The notes beneath the pieces were generated by a model, which searched no databases, was not told where the DNA came from, and worked only from the letters and a program-made list of their open reading frames with translations. A stretch of DNA of 64,000 bases from Octopus sinensis (taxonomy: Eukaryota): positions 24,924,001-24,988,000 of the forward strand of contig NC_043017.1 in the NCBI RefSeq assembly GCF_006345805.1, in the 5' to 3' direction. Made by a program: the position numbers and the translations under genes. How positions within the stretch are numbered: the stretch's first letter is position 1; every line of letters begins with the position of its first letter. Below are positions 14,283 to 27,173 of this stretch, in pieces.

Positions 14283-16227
14283 TTGGGGTCAATGAAATAA
14301 GTATCATTTGAGCGCTTGAGTCACTGTGATTGACTTAACCCACTCTCCTGAAATTGCTGGCCCTGTGCCAAAATAATAGAAATCTTATTTTGTATTGAGT
14401 ACGAAAGTGGGGCACAGTGTCGAATGATGTTGATGGATAGACGCGGCTTAATCGTTGAGTAACCATGATTAACGCATCAGGTGGCGAGCTGAACAAAGTT
14501 TGAATAATAGCCTTCTTTTGAATTGGTTTACGACAGGCAGAACAAGACAATTGGGTATGGATATGTGGTTACTGACAATTTGGCATGGCTGACTATATAC
14601 ATGAAGCCTGTTTTGGTGAAACTATTTTTTGGTGCTAGAGGCAAACACAAGTGCATTTACAGAAATATACACATACAGATAGAGTGAATGAGAGAGAAGG
14701 ACATTATACTTGATGCTCGTACATATAGAGAGACAGGGAGGGAGACAGACCATATACATACATAGGTGGTGGTTGTCTACTCCATATATAAAGTCTGACC
14801 ACCTCTTGGACTTACACCATAGATCTATCTAAATTGAGAAAAACAGTAAAACATTTGATGTTAAATGAGTCAGTTTTGAATCAGTGATACCAAATTGGTG
14901 GTGCCAAAATGTCCCACCCTATCTTGGATTTGGGATTTAAGATTACATACTATCAATTGTACTGCATAAATCTGACCTGCAACAACTCTATTTTGGGAGC
15001 ATTTTTTTCTGTATTAATACTGGTATTCAGGCCCTGAATTGTCTTAAATCTTTTAAAATCATTTTGAACTTTTTAAAAAAAATTGCATAAAAAAATGAAT
15101 TTCCTTTATTGAAGTAATAGATGTGCTTTTTTGTTTAAAATAACCTTTTATTGAGACATAGTACTAGAACCAAATTACAAACCAGAATCCTTGTCTGGTA
15201 CCAAATTGAGCCCAAAATCTAATCAGTTTGTTGCCAATCATGAGGCCCAAACATCCCTGAAAGTTTCATCCAAATCTATCCAGCAGTTCTTGAGAAATCT
15301 TGTCCACGGACAAACAGACAAACACGATTGAAAACAATACCTCCGCCTTTGCTAAGGCAGAGGTAATAAAAACTAATGTGAAGATCAAATAAGAGGTACA
15401 TATGTTTAATTGGCAAAAGATGGTTATTCCTAAGTATAATAATATCTGTTTCAAAACATACTTTCACATTAAGAATCTTGCAAAACAAATCATTATCATT
15501 TAACATCCATGTTCCATGCTAGCATGGGTGGGATGGTACCACAAGAGCCAGCCAGGCCGAAGCCTGCACCAGACTTCTGTGACAGTTTTGGCAGGATTTT
15601 TACAGCTGGTTGCCCTTCTTAACACCAACCACTCAGCAGAGTGGACTTAGTGCTTTTTCTGCGACACAAGCACCGGCAAGGTTTATACGGCTGGATGCCC
15701 TTCCGAAAACCAACCACTTTACTGGGTATTTTTACATAAACATAATATTTATTATACTTTTACAAGAAGAGGGGTGACAGTGGTTTGGATGTTTTGGCCA
15801 GCTAGACTTCTTTGGATTACTATAATCCCTTAAGTAAACTTTTAGCAAAAGCTATGAGATAATGCACGATCAATTCAGAACAATGTTGATAAGTAAGCAT
15901 TATATTTGAGAAAATAATCTGAATGTTAAAGAGGTCAAGCAATTCAGTGTGAAGCTTTTCATCAAAATTTCATATTAATTTCTATTCCAAACACCAGGTT
16001 AACAATAAAACCATTTTACTAGATTCTTCATTATTTTAAAAATTAATTGAAACAAAGATACCATATTTCAACAGAAATATGGTAACAAAAGGATTAATTA
16101 CTTTGTTCAAAAACTTATGTTTTCTACATTCTTTGGTGAATGAATTTATTGTGGTTAGACTTTTTGTTTCTCCCGACTCCTTTTCAATTGTTCTATCACT
16201 GACAACACAAGGGTCTTGAAATTAAAT

Positions 16228-16497
16228 CAGCGGTTCTCAAAGCAGGTGGTACTGCCCCACTGGGGACGGCGGAAAGATCTTGTGGTGTTGGGGTGTTGAA
16301 GAAAAATGAGGCGATAATGGGGTGGCCAAAAGCGGGTGATGGATGTAAAAACAAAATTATGGGTTAATTAGGTTGTTTTGTTTTGAATTTGGTGCAGAAA
16401 GTGGTCCATGTTTATAGTGGTTAAGTGTGTGGGGGTGCTAGGAATGTGGTCAGGGTGCCAAGTGGGTGGCAGCACAAAAATGTTTGGGAACCACCAA
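16228..16497. mobile_element. Degenerate hAT-type MITE
   Basis: Begins CAGCGGTTCTCAAA and ends TTTGGGAACCACCA. TSD not clear. Confidence 0.5.
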
Positions 16498-16589
16498 TTG
16501 TGCAGCTCATTGATGTATTTTTTAACTGTTTAGCTTTCAAATTAATCTGTCAACTCTAATGTAGATTCAGTCGCATTGTTTTGAATTAA

Positions 16590-16809
16590 CCCTTTTGTTA
16601 CTGTATTTCATTTGAAATGCTCTGTGTTTCTTTCAATTACTTCAAATATAACAAAGAATTTAGAAAAATAACTTAGTTATCATTAAGCTAGTGTTAGGAA
16701 CATAAACTGTGACTAAGGTTTGGTGGGAGATTTTAATTCAAAACTCATGAAAACAAGACATTTGTACTCAGAGCCAGAGCCGGTTTCAGCCGGGTTGGTA
16801 ACGAAAGGG
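16590..16809. mobile_element. piggyBac-type MITE (family P1) nested at a TTAA inside a P2 MITE
   Basis: TTAA|CCCTTTTGTTAC ... GTAACGAAAGGG|TTAA. Confidence 0.88.
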
Positions 16810-16956
16810 TTAAGCATCCATTATCTTGTAGCTTCAAGATTTTGATGATGTGATTGTTTATTTATATATAAAAAAAAAATGATATTGTAGAGTTGGTGTG
16901 AGAGGCTGGATCTAGCTGATTTGAACATAAAACCAAGCTGGATGTAACTGGTTTAA

Positions 16957-17233
16957 CCATCTAGCATTCAGATTTCTCTGTCAGATGTGATGATAATCTA
17001 TTCACATTGTTTTGAATTAATCATTATCTTGTAGCTTTGAGATTTTGATGATGTAATTGTATACTTTTAGATTGACATTGTAGGGTAGGTGTGAGATGTT
17101 GGATTTGGTCAGTTTGAACATAATGGCGGTGCCCCAGCATGGCCACAGCTCATGAGCTGAAACTGGAATCAATCAATCAATCATAAAACAGGAAATATTT
17201 TGGCCAGATATGGCTAGTTTAAATGCTAAAGGG
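16957..17233. mobile_element. piggyBac-type MITE (family P2) containing the LINE 3'-end insertion; another P2 copy precedes it from ~16526
   Basis: TTAA|CCATCTAGCATT ... AATGCTAAAGGG|CTAA; colinear with 47000-47218. Confidence 0.75.
17123..17181 (+). mobile_element. ~59-bp 3'-terminal copy of the same CR1-group LINE inserted in a MITE
   Basis: ATGGCGGTGCCCCAGCATGGCCACAGCTCATGAGCTGAAACTGG(AATC)n is nearly identical to 42272-42335. CATA is duplicated at 17119-22 and 17182-85. The empty site TTTGAACATAAAACAGG is seen at 17821. Confidence 0.9.
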
Positions 17234-19809
17234 CTAAATTTTTTCCAGGCCTTTCCTTTTAATCTGAATCTTTTTTAGCAGCATTTCTTGGATGTATATT
17301 TTAACTGACCACCAATAATAGCCAGAATAGCAGGAGAATCACCATGAGACAGATACACAATGGTCTTTTTGCGAAATTCTTCAAATTCCTCTCTTTTGCC
17401 CTGTCAAATGTAATGCTTGATGTCTCACGGAGGCAGCGACAAGTGACCGAGACCTTTGGCAATACTCTATGCTTGAGAAGACCTGTCAAGCCAAGCGAGA
17501 TTGCAGTCATGGCTGATGCTGGCGTTTAATAACTGGCACCCATGCCAGTGGCACGTAAAAAGCACCAACTACACTCTTGGAGTGGTTAGTGTTAGGAAGG
17601 GCATCTAGTTGTAGAGACCATGCTGGATTGGACCCTATTGCAGCTCCCCAGCCTACCAGTTTTTAGTCAAATTGTCTAACCCATGACAGCATGGAAAATG
17701 AACGTTACATGTTGATGATTGTTCTTAATTAATCAGGTAATATCTCACAGCTTTGAAGCTTTGATTGTTTATTTTTAGAAGGACATTGTAGAATAGATAT
17801 GAGAAGCCGGTTCTGACCAGTTTGAACATAAAACAGGTAGAAAATTTGGGCTGGATATGGCTGGTTTAAATCCTTCAGAGTTAAGATAATTTATAATAGC
17901 AACATTGTTAACAGGTGTTGTGGTCAGTTTAGTTTATTGTCACTTTTTTTTTTGTTTGACTATATATGTATATTATTAGAATTAACTAATGATACAGTAA
18001 TTGAAAAAAAAAAGAAAAAAAAAAGAAAAAAAATGTAACAAGCAACAAAAGTCTGTGTTGAGATTTTGTTTAAAACGTTACTAAATATTTCTATCGTAGA
18101 AAGTTAATTCCTCAAAATCTCTGTGAGTCAGTACGCATTGTTGTTAAATTTAGTAAATTTGCACACCTTGAAGGTCAGGAATTGTCCAGTGAGCTGTCAT
18201 TGTTTTCATTTCAACATACACAAAAGACAGTTTAATCAGTTACGTCGTTGTTTGTATTGACCTTAATGACCTTGAATACTTTGCTGTTTCTCTGGTTTCT
18301 AAATCATTTGAGGGAGTAAATAAATTATATTGGACACAATGGCAAATAGAGGAATTTACCCCCCACTCCACTGATTCATATACACCTCTACACATGGGGT
18401 CAACATATGTTACTTAGGCCCTTGTTCAAAATTCTTTTAATTAAAATTACTGAGTGGTCTTATTCCTATAGTAGAAAAGATTATTGTTGTTATTATTATT
18501 AATATTATTATAAAGGCGGCGAGCTGGCAGAACCATTAGCACGTCGGATGAAATGCATAGCCGTATTTTATCTGCCATTACGTTGTGAGTTCAAATTCCG
18601 CCGAGGTCGACTTTTTCTTTCATCCTTTCAGGGTCGATAAATTAAGTACCAGTTACGCACTGGGGTTGATGTAATCGACTTAATCCCTTTGTCCTTGTTT
18701 GTCCCTTCTGTGTTTAGCCCCTTGTGGGCAATAAAGAAACAAATTATTATTTATTATTATTATTATTATAAATATTAAGAGACTTGCTAAGTTTGCTATA
18801 TTTGAACCACATCACGGCTCAGAATTTCTGTGCCTACATCTTTGGCTTAGATGGATGGAAAACAAGCTTGAGAGAGACAAAGATAGACTGATGACAGAAT
18901 GTTCAGGATATGAAGGACCCTGGCTGAGTGTATGTATGGCTGCAACAGCAGCTGACAGCCTGTGACTACATCTTAGGTCCTTCAGAATGTGCATGTTCAT
19001 TCATTCATTTAGATATTCAAGCAGATGTGTTTAATTATATGAATTACAAAGCAGAGGGAATAAAGGAGTGACTGAGTTCTTTTTCAGCAACTGAATCATT
19101 TTAATGGTTGTTGCTCTTTGACGTCACTCATACAGTTATTGTTTGAAATATTTCCGCAAATAGCACTCCAGCTTACTTCCATCTTTATCAAGTCAATATG
19201 ATAAGGTTTGTCATGTGAATCACTGTTAGCAGATGTGACAACATGCAAAGATGAAATTTGGACCTAGTTTCTATGTAATCAGTTGCAACCCACCTTTATT
19301 GCTTGAGCATGATTATTATTCGATGGTGATTAAATATTTTAAATGTTATAAAGAGAACTCTTGGCACGAAAGGGATCAAAACATATGTATTTGCTTATTA
19401 GTTCTACACGCACACACATGGAAAGGAGGACATTACATTATGTATATATACATAAGAAAATATTTATCTTATAACTGAAAGACAAATTTATAAAAAAAAA
19501 AAAAAAAGTGGCTCTGTGGTAAGTAGCTTGCTTACGAACCACATGGTTCCGGGTTCAGTCCCACTGCGTGGCACCTTAGGCAAGTGTCTTCTACTATCGC
19601 CTCGGGCCAACCAAAGCCTTGTGAGTGGATTTGGTAGATGGAAGCTTTAAGAAGCCTGTCGTATATATACTATGCTTACAAAGAATAAGTCCTGGGATCG
19701 ATTTGCTCGACTAAAGGTGGTGCTCCAGCATGGCCACAGTCAAATGACTGAAACAAGTAAAAGAGTAAGAAGAGTAAAACCTTTAGCTTGATTTATCAGT
19801 GCTATGCTA

Positions 19810-19960
19810 TATGTAGTTCCTGGCTTTAAGGGTATCGTGAATAGCCTGGTTGGAGGCCCAACCTTCTAAGTTCTTTTACAGGGCTTAGAAAAACTGAAAG
19901 ACCACTGCAATAAGTGTGTGAATGTGAGAGGAGAATATATCGAATAAAATCATAATTAAG
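19810..19960 (+). mobile_element. Mariner-type transposon remnant (transposase C-terminus)
   Basis: Reads WLEAQPSKFF / GLEKLKDHCNKCVNVRGEYIE*, like the mariner ending GI.KL..RW.KC....G.Y.E. Confidence 0.65.
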
Positions 19961-20409
19961 TGGGGCACTTAACAACTGGTCCAGGATGAATGGATGTTGT
20001 TGAAATGTCTTTGCACATTGTTCTACTGAGTCAAAGTTTACCTAGAGTTAAACAATGTATGTGTATATATCATCATCATCATTGTTTTAAAGGCCCTATT
20101 TCCATAAAGGGTTGGATAGTAGTTGTTGAGACAAGATTTTCCATAACCACATGCCTTTTTTGTCACCAGTGCTCACTTGTTCCCAAGTAAGGTAATATTT
20201 AGCCACGTTTTCACAGATTATTCACAAGGGACCACCGTATGATGTTGGCATTCATTTACAACAATCATTAGATATTAAGGGATCTGGGGTGAAATGTCTC
20301 ATCTGTTCATGACTCTTGTGTTTTAACACCTGGTGCTTTGGCAGAGTGATCTCCACTATGCCAAATTGCAGCCTACCAGCAAATACGCTAAGCATGTACA
20401 TTAAGCATA

Positions 20410-20712
20410 TTGTTTGTTCCTTCTCGAGCCACGCCTGGCTCATAGGGCTAGTTTCCTGGTTTCCTTGGCGTATAGGTTCCCCACCTGGACGGGACGCCCG
20501 TCTGTCGCAGGTGAGCTGCAAGATGCAGGAGGAAAGAGTGAGAGAAAGTTGTGGCGAAAGAGTCAGCAGAAGTTGCCAGTACCTTCTGCTGGAGCTGCAT
20601 GGAGCTTAGATGTTTCGCTCATAAACACACACATTGCCCGGTCTGAGATTCAAACCTGCGATCCCTCGACCACGAGTCCGCTGCTCTAACCACTAGGCCG
20701 TGTGCCTCCACA
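20410..20712 (-). mobile_element. tRNA-derived SINE of another family; related copy at ~32235-32500 (+)
   Basis: Minus strand head GGCCTAGTGGTTAGAGCAGCGGACTC...GGTTTGAATC; body contains CCTGCGACAGACGGGCGTCCCGTCCAGG...GGAAACCAGG. Confidence 0.75.
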
Positions 20713-20740
20713 CATTAAGTATATGTAGCCAGTAATGTTT

Positions 20741-20915
20741 GCACACACACACACATGCACACACACACACACACACACATGCACACACACACACACACAC
20801 TCTCACGCATGCACCACACACACTCTCACGCACACACACATGCACGCACACACACACACACTCTCACGCACGCACACACACACTCTCACGCACGCACACA
20901 CACACACACACACAC
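20741..20915. repeat. Imperfect (CA)n microsatellite
   Basis: Direct inspection. Confidence 0.95.
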
Positions 20916-21449
20916 AATCCTCCCCAAATTAGATAACTCAACAATATATTCTATCATAGAAAAACAGGAGATCATCATAAAATGTGTTGAAATCTGCATG
21001 GCTAATATCATTTTGGTTCATTCTAGAAATATATCTGTATTATCTGCGTTTTTTGTAAAAAGCCTATTTGAAAGAAAATACAAAACAAAAAGTGAGCAAG
21101 AAACTCTGAAGAATTTAGTGGTGTGACTTCAGTAACCTTTAAATGTATTTGAGGCTTTTTTTTTTTTTAGGGATAATGTTAGTTGTGAATTTCCTGCCCT
21201 AAAATGTCATTGCAAGAACTGGTGTGTGAATGTGGGTATTTGTGAAAGTACATGTTTAAGTAGGTGCAATCGTGTACATGAGCATATCTGCATACATGTG
21301 CATGCATATGTGTACTCATGTACATGTGAGTGTGCATACGCATTCATGTATGAAAGTGCATGGACATGCATTCATAAACAAGCGGTTTTAGACATTAACA
21401 GAATGTGAAGACATATTTTTTAAATGGTTTGTGTTGTTGGGTGTTTAGA

Positions 21450-21496
<47 letters not shown>

Positions 21497-21498
<2 letters not shown>

Positions 21499-22195
21499 CC
21501 CTGATACAGTACCAGGCAGTGGCTCTCATGGCTTCTGATTTTAACTGATTGGAAGTGTTATCATATACACTGTTTTGTCTAGGTATAAAAGATGGTCTAC
21601 AGCAAATATTCTGCTCAATACCACGGATTTGCTTATCAGTTGTTTGACCTTAACCAGGTGACCATGTCCATTAGTGGCTGACGATATGTGCATCTCTCAT
21701 CATGAGCAGAAATAGTTGGGGAGCATCATAGCCACGTGTTGAGAGGGATTCTTTGGGGTTTGAATAATTCACCTCTGGAAACATGGGTGCTTCACTCAAC
21801 ATTCTTAAACAAACCTTATTCAGGGACCTTTTGAGTGGGATGGGCTACTCGACCTGGAGAAAATTCTAATTAGGCTCCACCTGCAAGGTCATGCACCATT
21901 TATCTTGATATGCAATTGTCATGTCATGTCATGCATGCATGGTTCAATTCAGTTCAATTCAATTCAATTTTTATTGGCTCAAAAAGCAAAAGCAAGGTCA
22001 TGTAGGGGGACAGGGAGTTATGTACAGGGAGGTTGGTCATACAAAGAGTATGGTTGTGATGCATATGCCTGGTGTACCCTTATCAGACAGGTAGTCATGG
22101 TGGGTATACTGGGCTTTGTATATTTTACCCCAGTGTCACTTTGATGGCATGCACTGCTCTCTCACTCAATAATAATAATAATAATAATAATAATA
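21497..22195 (+). mobile_element. Non-LTR-type element (family H) inserted in a (TAA)n microsatellite; carries a nested antisense LINE 3' end with (TTGAA)n tail at ~21943-22048
   Basis: (AAT)n on both sides (21450-21497 and 22168-22196). Its last ~110 bp recur inverted at 48557-48665, again between (TAA)n tracts. Confidence 0.7.
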
Positions 22196-23169
22196 ATTAT
22201 TATTATTATTATTAGGCAGCGAACTGGCAGAATTGCATGTTGGGTGAAATGCCTAGTGGTATTGGGATTATTGTTATTTGGCAAGCAGGCAGGATTGTTA
22301 ACATGCCAAGCAAAATGCTTAGTGGCATTTTGTCCGTTTTTATGTTCTGAGTTCAAATTCTGCCGAGGTCGACTTTACCTTTCATCCTTTCAGGGCCAAT
22401 AAATTTAGTACCTGTGAAACACTGGAGGTCAATGTAATCGACTGTCTCCCCATCCTAGATATTTCAGGCCTTGTGTCTATATAGAAAGGATTGGTGGATA
22501 GCTGGCAGAGTTGTTAACATGCTGGGCAAAATGCTTAGCGTCATCCATCCTTATCAAATTCTGCTGAGATTGACTTTGCCTTTCATCCTTTCAGGTTTAA
22601 TGAAATAAGTACCAGTTATACACTTGGGGTGATTTAATTGACTTATCCTTTCCCCGCAAAATTTCAGGTCTTGTGCTTTTAGTAGAAAGGATTATTATTA
22701 CTATTATTATTATCATTATTATGTGAGGGTTGAAATGAAGTTGAAGTGTGTATTTTGAATCTGAAAATACTGAGTGAGTTTGTAGGAATTTAAAACTGTT
22801 TATACAAGATTATTTTACTGATGCACTCAATACGGTGTCAGGTTTATCATTACCACAACACCACTACCACCATTACTGGGTTTTTAGTTTAGTTCACTCT
22901 GTTGTAAATATTTGAACCAGGCCTACCTCTCTTCACCCAAACTTTTCTGCAGAAATTTTTAGGTTGGGCATTAAATACTTCAGACTCACCTGTCTAGGAT
23001 GATCTCCAAAGGTTATAGGCCTTGCCCCACCTTCTCTGACTAGGAAAACTAAACTAAGCTACAACTGTCAATTGCGATGAGTATGACCTGTTTGCTCTAT
23101 GTACTGTGCTTTTGTTTATTGTGTGTGTGTGTATATATACACACACACACTCCTAAAAGAATACATTCC

Positions 23170-23392
23170 AAAATGTAACTACATGTGAATTGTTGACAAT
23201 TTTTTTTCTCCCCCTCCATCTTCCTTTTCTATGAAACTTTCCTCTGTCTCCTGTTTCCGAAGAAGAGCTTTGCTCGAAAAGTAAAACACCTTTTCCTTCT
23301 TTCCCTGAGTGTCTTTTAATACTATGCAAGTACCACGTCCTCACATTGTTTTTTTGTTACTTGTGTTTTTTCTCTGTTTTTTTGGGGGGGAT

Positions 23393-23400
<8 letters not shown>
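23170..23400 (+). mobile_element. Family E repeat (~220 bp) with a minimal hammerhead-like motif at 23252-23289
   Basis: UGUUU-CCGAAGA-A-GAGC-UUU-GCUC-GAAA-AGUA-AAACA. Homologous to 4665-4880 and 10722-10890. Ends in (TA)n. Confidence 0.65.
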
Positions 23401-23440
<40 letters not shown>

Positions 23441-23447
<7 letters not shown>

Positions 23448-23812
23448 TTTATTTAAAAGCAGCAGAAATTTAACAAAAGCTCTTACTTGGAGTTTCACGT
23501 TCCGTTCGTCGGACAGTTTTGTTAAAATAGAACCGAGATGACAATTCGATCAAAAACTAGCATGAACGATACACCTTTAAAAAAGGACCAATCGAACAAA
23601 TCCATTTTTAAAGGTATATCGTTTATGCTAGTTTTTGATCGAAATGTCATCTCGGTTCTATTTTAACAAACCTGTCTGACGAATGGGAACGTGAAACTCC
23701 GAGTAACAGCTTTTGTTAAATTTCTGCTGCTTTTAAATACAGCATATTACTCTACCTCTGGTATTTGAGTACTCTTTTTTCCACCTTGTTTCACATTTAT
23801 GTGTTTACTCTG

Positions 23813-23815
<3 letters not shown>
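23441..23815. mobile_element. Penelope-like terminal-repeat insertion: ~147-bp inverted arms plus a ~70-bp extension of the right arm, embedded in (TA)n
   Basis: 23441-23587 is the reverse complement of 23601-23747 with scattered mismatches and a 13-nt spacer. Each arm carries a hammerhead motif. (TA)n on both sides. The PLE assignment is inferred from architecture. Confidence 0.65.
23662..23720 (+). ncRNA. Type I hammerhead ribozyme motif (minimal, Penelope-like type); predicted cleavage 3' of A23705
   Basis: Stem I CUGU(23672-75)/ACAG(23706-09), extendable with UUUAACAAA/UUUUGUUAAA. Core CUGACGA 23676-82. Stem II AUG-GGAA-CGU. GAAA 23693-96. Stem III ACU-CCG-AGU within near-palindromic ACUCCGAGU. 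GUA cleavage triplet. Confidence 0.75.
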
Positions 23816-23856
<41 letters not shown>

Positions 23857-25152
23857 GCAGACGTGGTGTAACTTTATGGCTCTCCCATCCCCTTGACCCA
23901 GCGGACTGTTCCAAATGTGATAGCTGGAGTGGGATGGGGCTGTATTATGACTTGGCTAGTATTCATTTCAGGAATACAATTTATTTTCAGACCAGACCCT
24001 TTGGAACCCTGCCCACTTCATAAAAATCAACTGAAGTAGCTCCTGTGATATTTTTGGGAAGACATTTTCCTAGAAGAAGAATGTGATGTGAAGGACCTAT
24101 TTCTTTACTGCCCACAAGGGGCTACACACAGAGGGGACAAACAAGGACAGACAAACAGATTAAGTCGATTATATCGACCCCAGTGCATAACTGGTACTTA
24201 TTTAATCGACCCCGAAAGGATGAAAGGCAACGTCGACCTCGGCGGAATTTGAACTCAGAATGTAACGGCAGACAAAATAGCTATTTCTTTACTACCCACA
24301 AAGGGCTAAACACAGAGGGGACAAATTAGGACAGACAAACAGATTAAGTCAATTACATTGACCCCAGTGCGTAACTGGTACTTATTTAATCGATCCCAAA
24401 AGGATGAAATGCAAAGTTGACCTTGGCGGAATTTGAAATCAGAACGTAGCGGCAGACGAAATACCGCTAAGCATTTTGCCTGGCGTGCTAACGTTTCTGT
24501 TAGCTCACCATCTTCTTTGATGTAAAGGACCTTGTTCAAGGTCACAATGCACTGCTTAGTCCAGGAAGTGAACCCACGACATTACAATTGTGACCACTGT
24601 AGTCACTAGGCTACATGCCTTTCCATAATCTCTTATCTTTCACTTTTTCAGTTATTGACCTGTGACAATACTGGGGCACACACAAGATGGGCTTCATTCA
24701 ATTTCCATCTATCAAGTCTACTGACAAGGCTTTAGTTGGCTCAAGGCTATAGTAGAAAACACTCAATGTGCCGTGAAGTGGGACTGAACCCAAAACCATG
24801 TGGTCGGGAAGCAAACTTCTTGCCATACAGCCATACCTGTGCCTACATATGTATGGATGTATAGTTTATAGCTTTTAATTTTATTTCACTGGAAGAAGAG
24901 CAAATTCTCTGCAATAAACAAATATTAGACTAGGAAATTAGAATGAGATAATAGTAATCTTGTTTTTAATTCAATTTTACCATTTTCTGTTTATGACCGC
25001 ATTAAGTAGACCTCTAACTCTGATCTCATTATTTTATGTATCTATTGTTTTAACTATCTCTGATAGAGTAATAATAAAAATATAAAATTTATGAGAGTAG
25101 GTGTACCTTGGCACCAACTACAACCCACCGCTCATCCTCGTGTTTTATTTAA

Positions 25153-25684
25153 CCCTTTTGTTGCCATATTTCTAGTGAAATATATTGCTTTTGCTTCAAT
25201 TAACTTCGAAAATAATAAAGAATCTAGGAAAATAAATTTGTCGTTAAAAAGCTGGTGTTTGGAATACAAATTAACAATAAATTTTGATGGAAGGTTTTAC
25301 TTTAAAACAGGAAATTTGTATTGAAGAACCAGGGGCTATCTAAGTCAGATTGGTATAAAAAAAGGTTAAAAAAATTACGAAGATGGCAGGCAGGGAACCA
25401 GAAAGTCTGGTTCAAATATTTACCATTCTGTAGAAGGCAGAAAAGGATTCATTTAACAACTCTTAGTTCAGCCTTTTGTTACCATTTTTCTATTGAAATA
25501 CACTGTCTTTTGTTTCAGTTAATTCTGAAAATAATGAGGAATTTAGTAAAATAAGTTTATTATTATCAAGTTGGTATTTGAAATTTTGGTGGGAGGTTTT
25601 CATTTAAAATCACTTTGAAACAGGGATTTTTTTAAATCACAGAACTAGGGGTGGTCTCAGGTGGGTTGGTATCAAAAGGATAAA
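25153..25684. mobile_element. Two older P1-related MITE copies (~25153-25365 and ~25471-25680)
   Basis: TTAACCCTTTTGTT...AAAAGGTTAA; bodies colinear with P1 but diverged. Confidence 0.6.
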
Positions 25685-26856
25685 GTTTCAACTCATTATG
25701 TTAATATTGCTTTCTAGATGGGTTTGAGACTTTTTTTGGCCCAGCTGTTTTGGCATCATCTATTTGACATTGATGAGTCAAGGCTGACTTATTTGACATC
25801 AGTTGTTTTTAATGTTTCTCGCATTCTTTCCTCACCCCCCCCCACTGCTCTCTGTTTATGTGTGTGAGCACATTTCTTTATATGTGTCTGAGGAGAGGAG
25901 AAAGTGTCTACGTCAGTCATATTCAATTAATAACTTGTAATGTCTCTCTCTCTCTATTGCTTACACTTTCTGTCTGTCTGTATATATTTCTGTGTGCACA
26001 TGCATGTGTACCCAGTTGTCTACTAGCACATGGATATCTAGGACAATTATGAAGGCACATGGTTTTGTGGTGAGGGTATTTGGCTTATAATTGTAACATC
26101 AGGAGTTTGATTACTGCTGGCATAGTGTCCTTGAGTAACTGTCTCATTCTAATTTTAGACTGACCTGGAAAAGGCACAGAACAAAGAAAAAAATTTACCA
26201 TCAAAATTTCAGTTTAAATAAATAAAATAAAATGAAATAAAAGCTGTAACTTAAGAATGAAATTCATCTGTAAATAGTATTGCTATCTTTTAAAAGATTG
26301 AATTTATAGATGTTATTTATTCCCAAGTTTACCCTTGACCTGTGATCAAAAGTTTTTTAAGCAAAGACCAGCCTATCTTTTTGGTTCATCTAGGCGGAAC
26401 AGGCATGGCTGTGTGGGTAAGGTCTCTTTATAAATGTGGTTTCTGATACAGTCCCACAGCATATTGCCTTGGGCAGGTGTATCCCACTATAGATTCAGAC
26501 CAACTTAATGTCTTCTGAGTGAATTTGGTAGATGAAAACTGTACAGAAGCCCTCATACATACACATGAGTAAAATGGACTTCTGTAATGACAAATGATAT
26601 ATACATGTATCATCATCATTTAGCGTCCATTTTCTATGCTAACATGAGTTGGACAGTTTGATCAGAGTTAGGGAGCTGTACCAGGTTTTAACCGGACTTG
26701 ACTTAGTTTCTATCACTCGATGCCCTTCCTAGCACCAACCACTTTACAGAGTATGTCACTTTATGTGGCACCAACATGGGTGCTTTTTACGTGGACCAGC
26801 ACATGGATGTTTATATTTGTGCCTCTCACTGCTTGACAACTAGTGTTGGTTTGTTT

Positions 26857-27173
26857 ATAATAATAATAATAATAATGAAATTATTGTATACAGTGCTCAG
26901 GTGCACCACAACTTGTCAGAAAGTGCATATAAAGTACATGCAGTAATGTAGAAATGTCTGGAAAGCGAACAATGTATGAGTCAGATACATGCTTGTGTGT
27001 GTATGGAGGGGAGAAAATCAAGTGTAGTGTTGGCGAATCTCAGGAAGCATGGAAGTTTTGAAGGATGCAGTGCTCCGACAACTAACAACTGATGCCGGCA
27101 GTTTGTTCCATACTTCAGCAACTCTCAGCGTGAAAAAATGTTTCCTGAAGTCATGGGAGCTGTGCTGTTTTCT
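26857..27173 (-). mobile_element. 3' fragment of a second CR1-type LINE family with (ATT)n tail
   Basis: Minus strand translates RKQHSSHDFRKHFFTLRVAEVWNKLPASVVSCRSTASFKTSMLPEIRQHYT*, a CR1-type C-terminal motif (FF.RV...WN.LP). Inserted inside a family-A SINE. Confidence 0.82.

Noticed and set aside
20640-20712. tRNA-like sequence
   Set aside because: It is a SINE head running into a SINE body; no complete cloverleaf.
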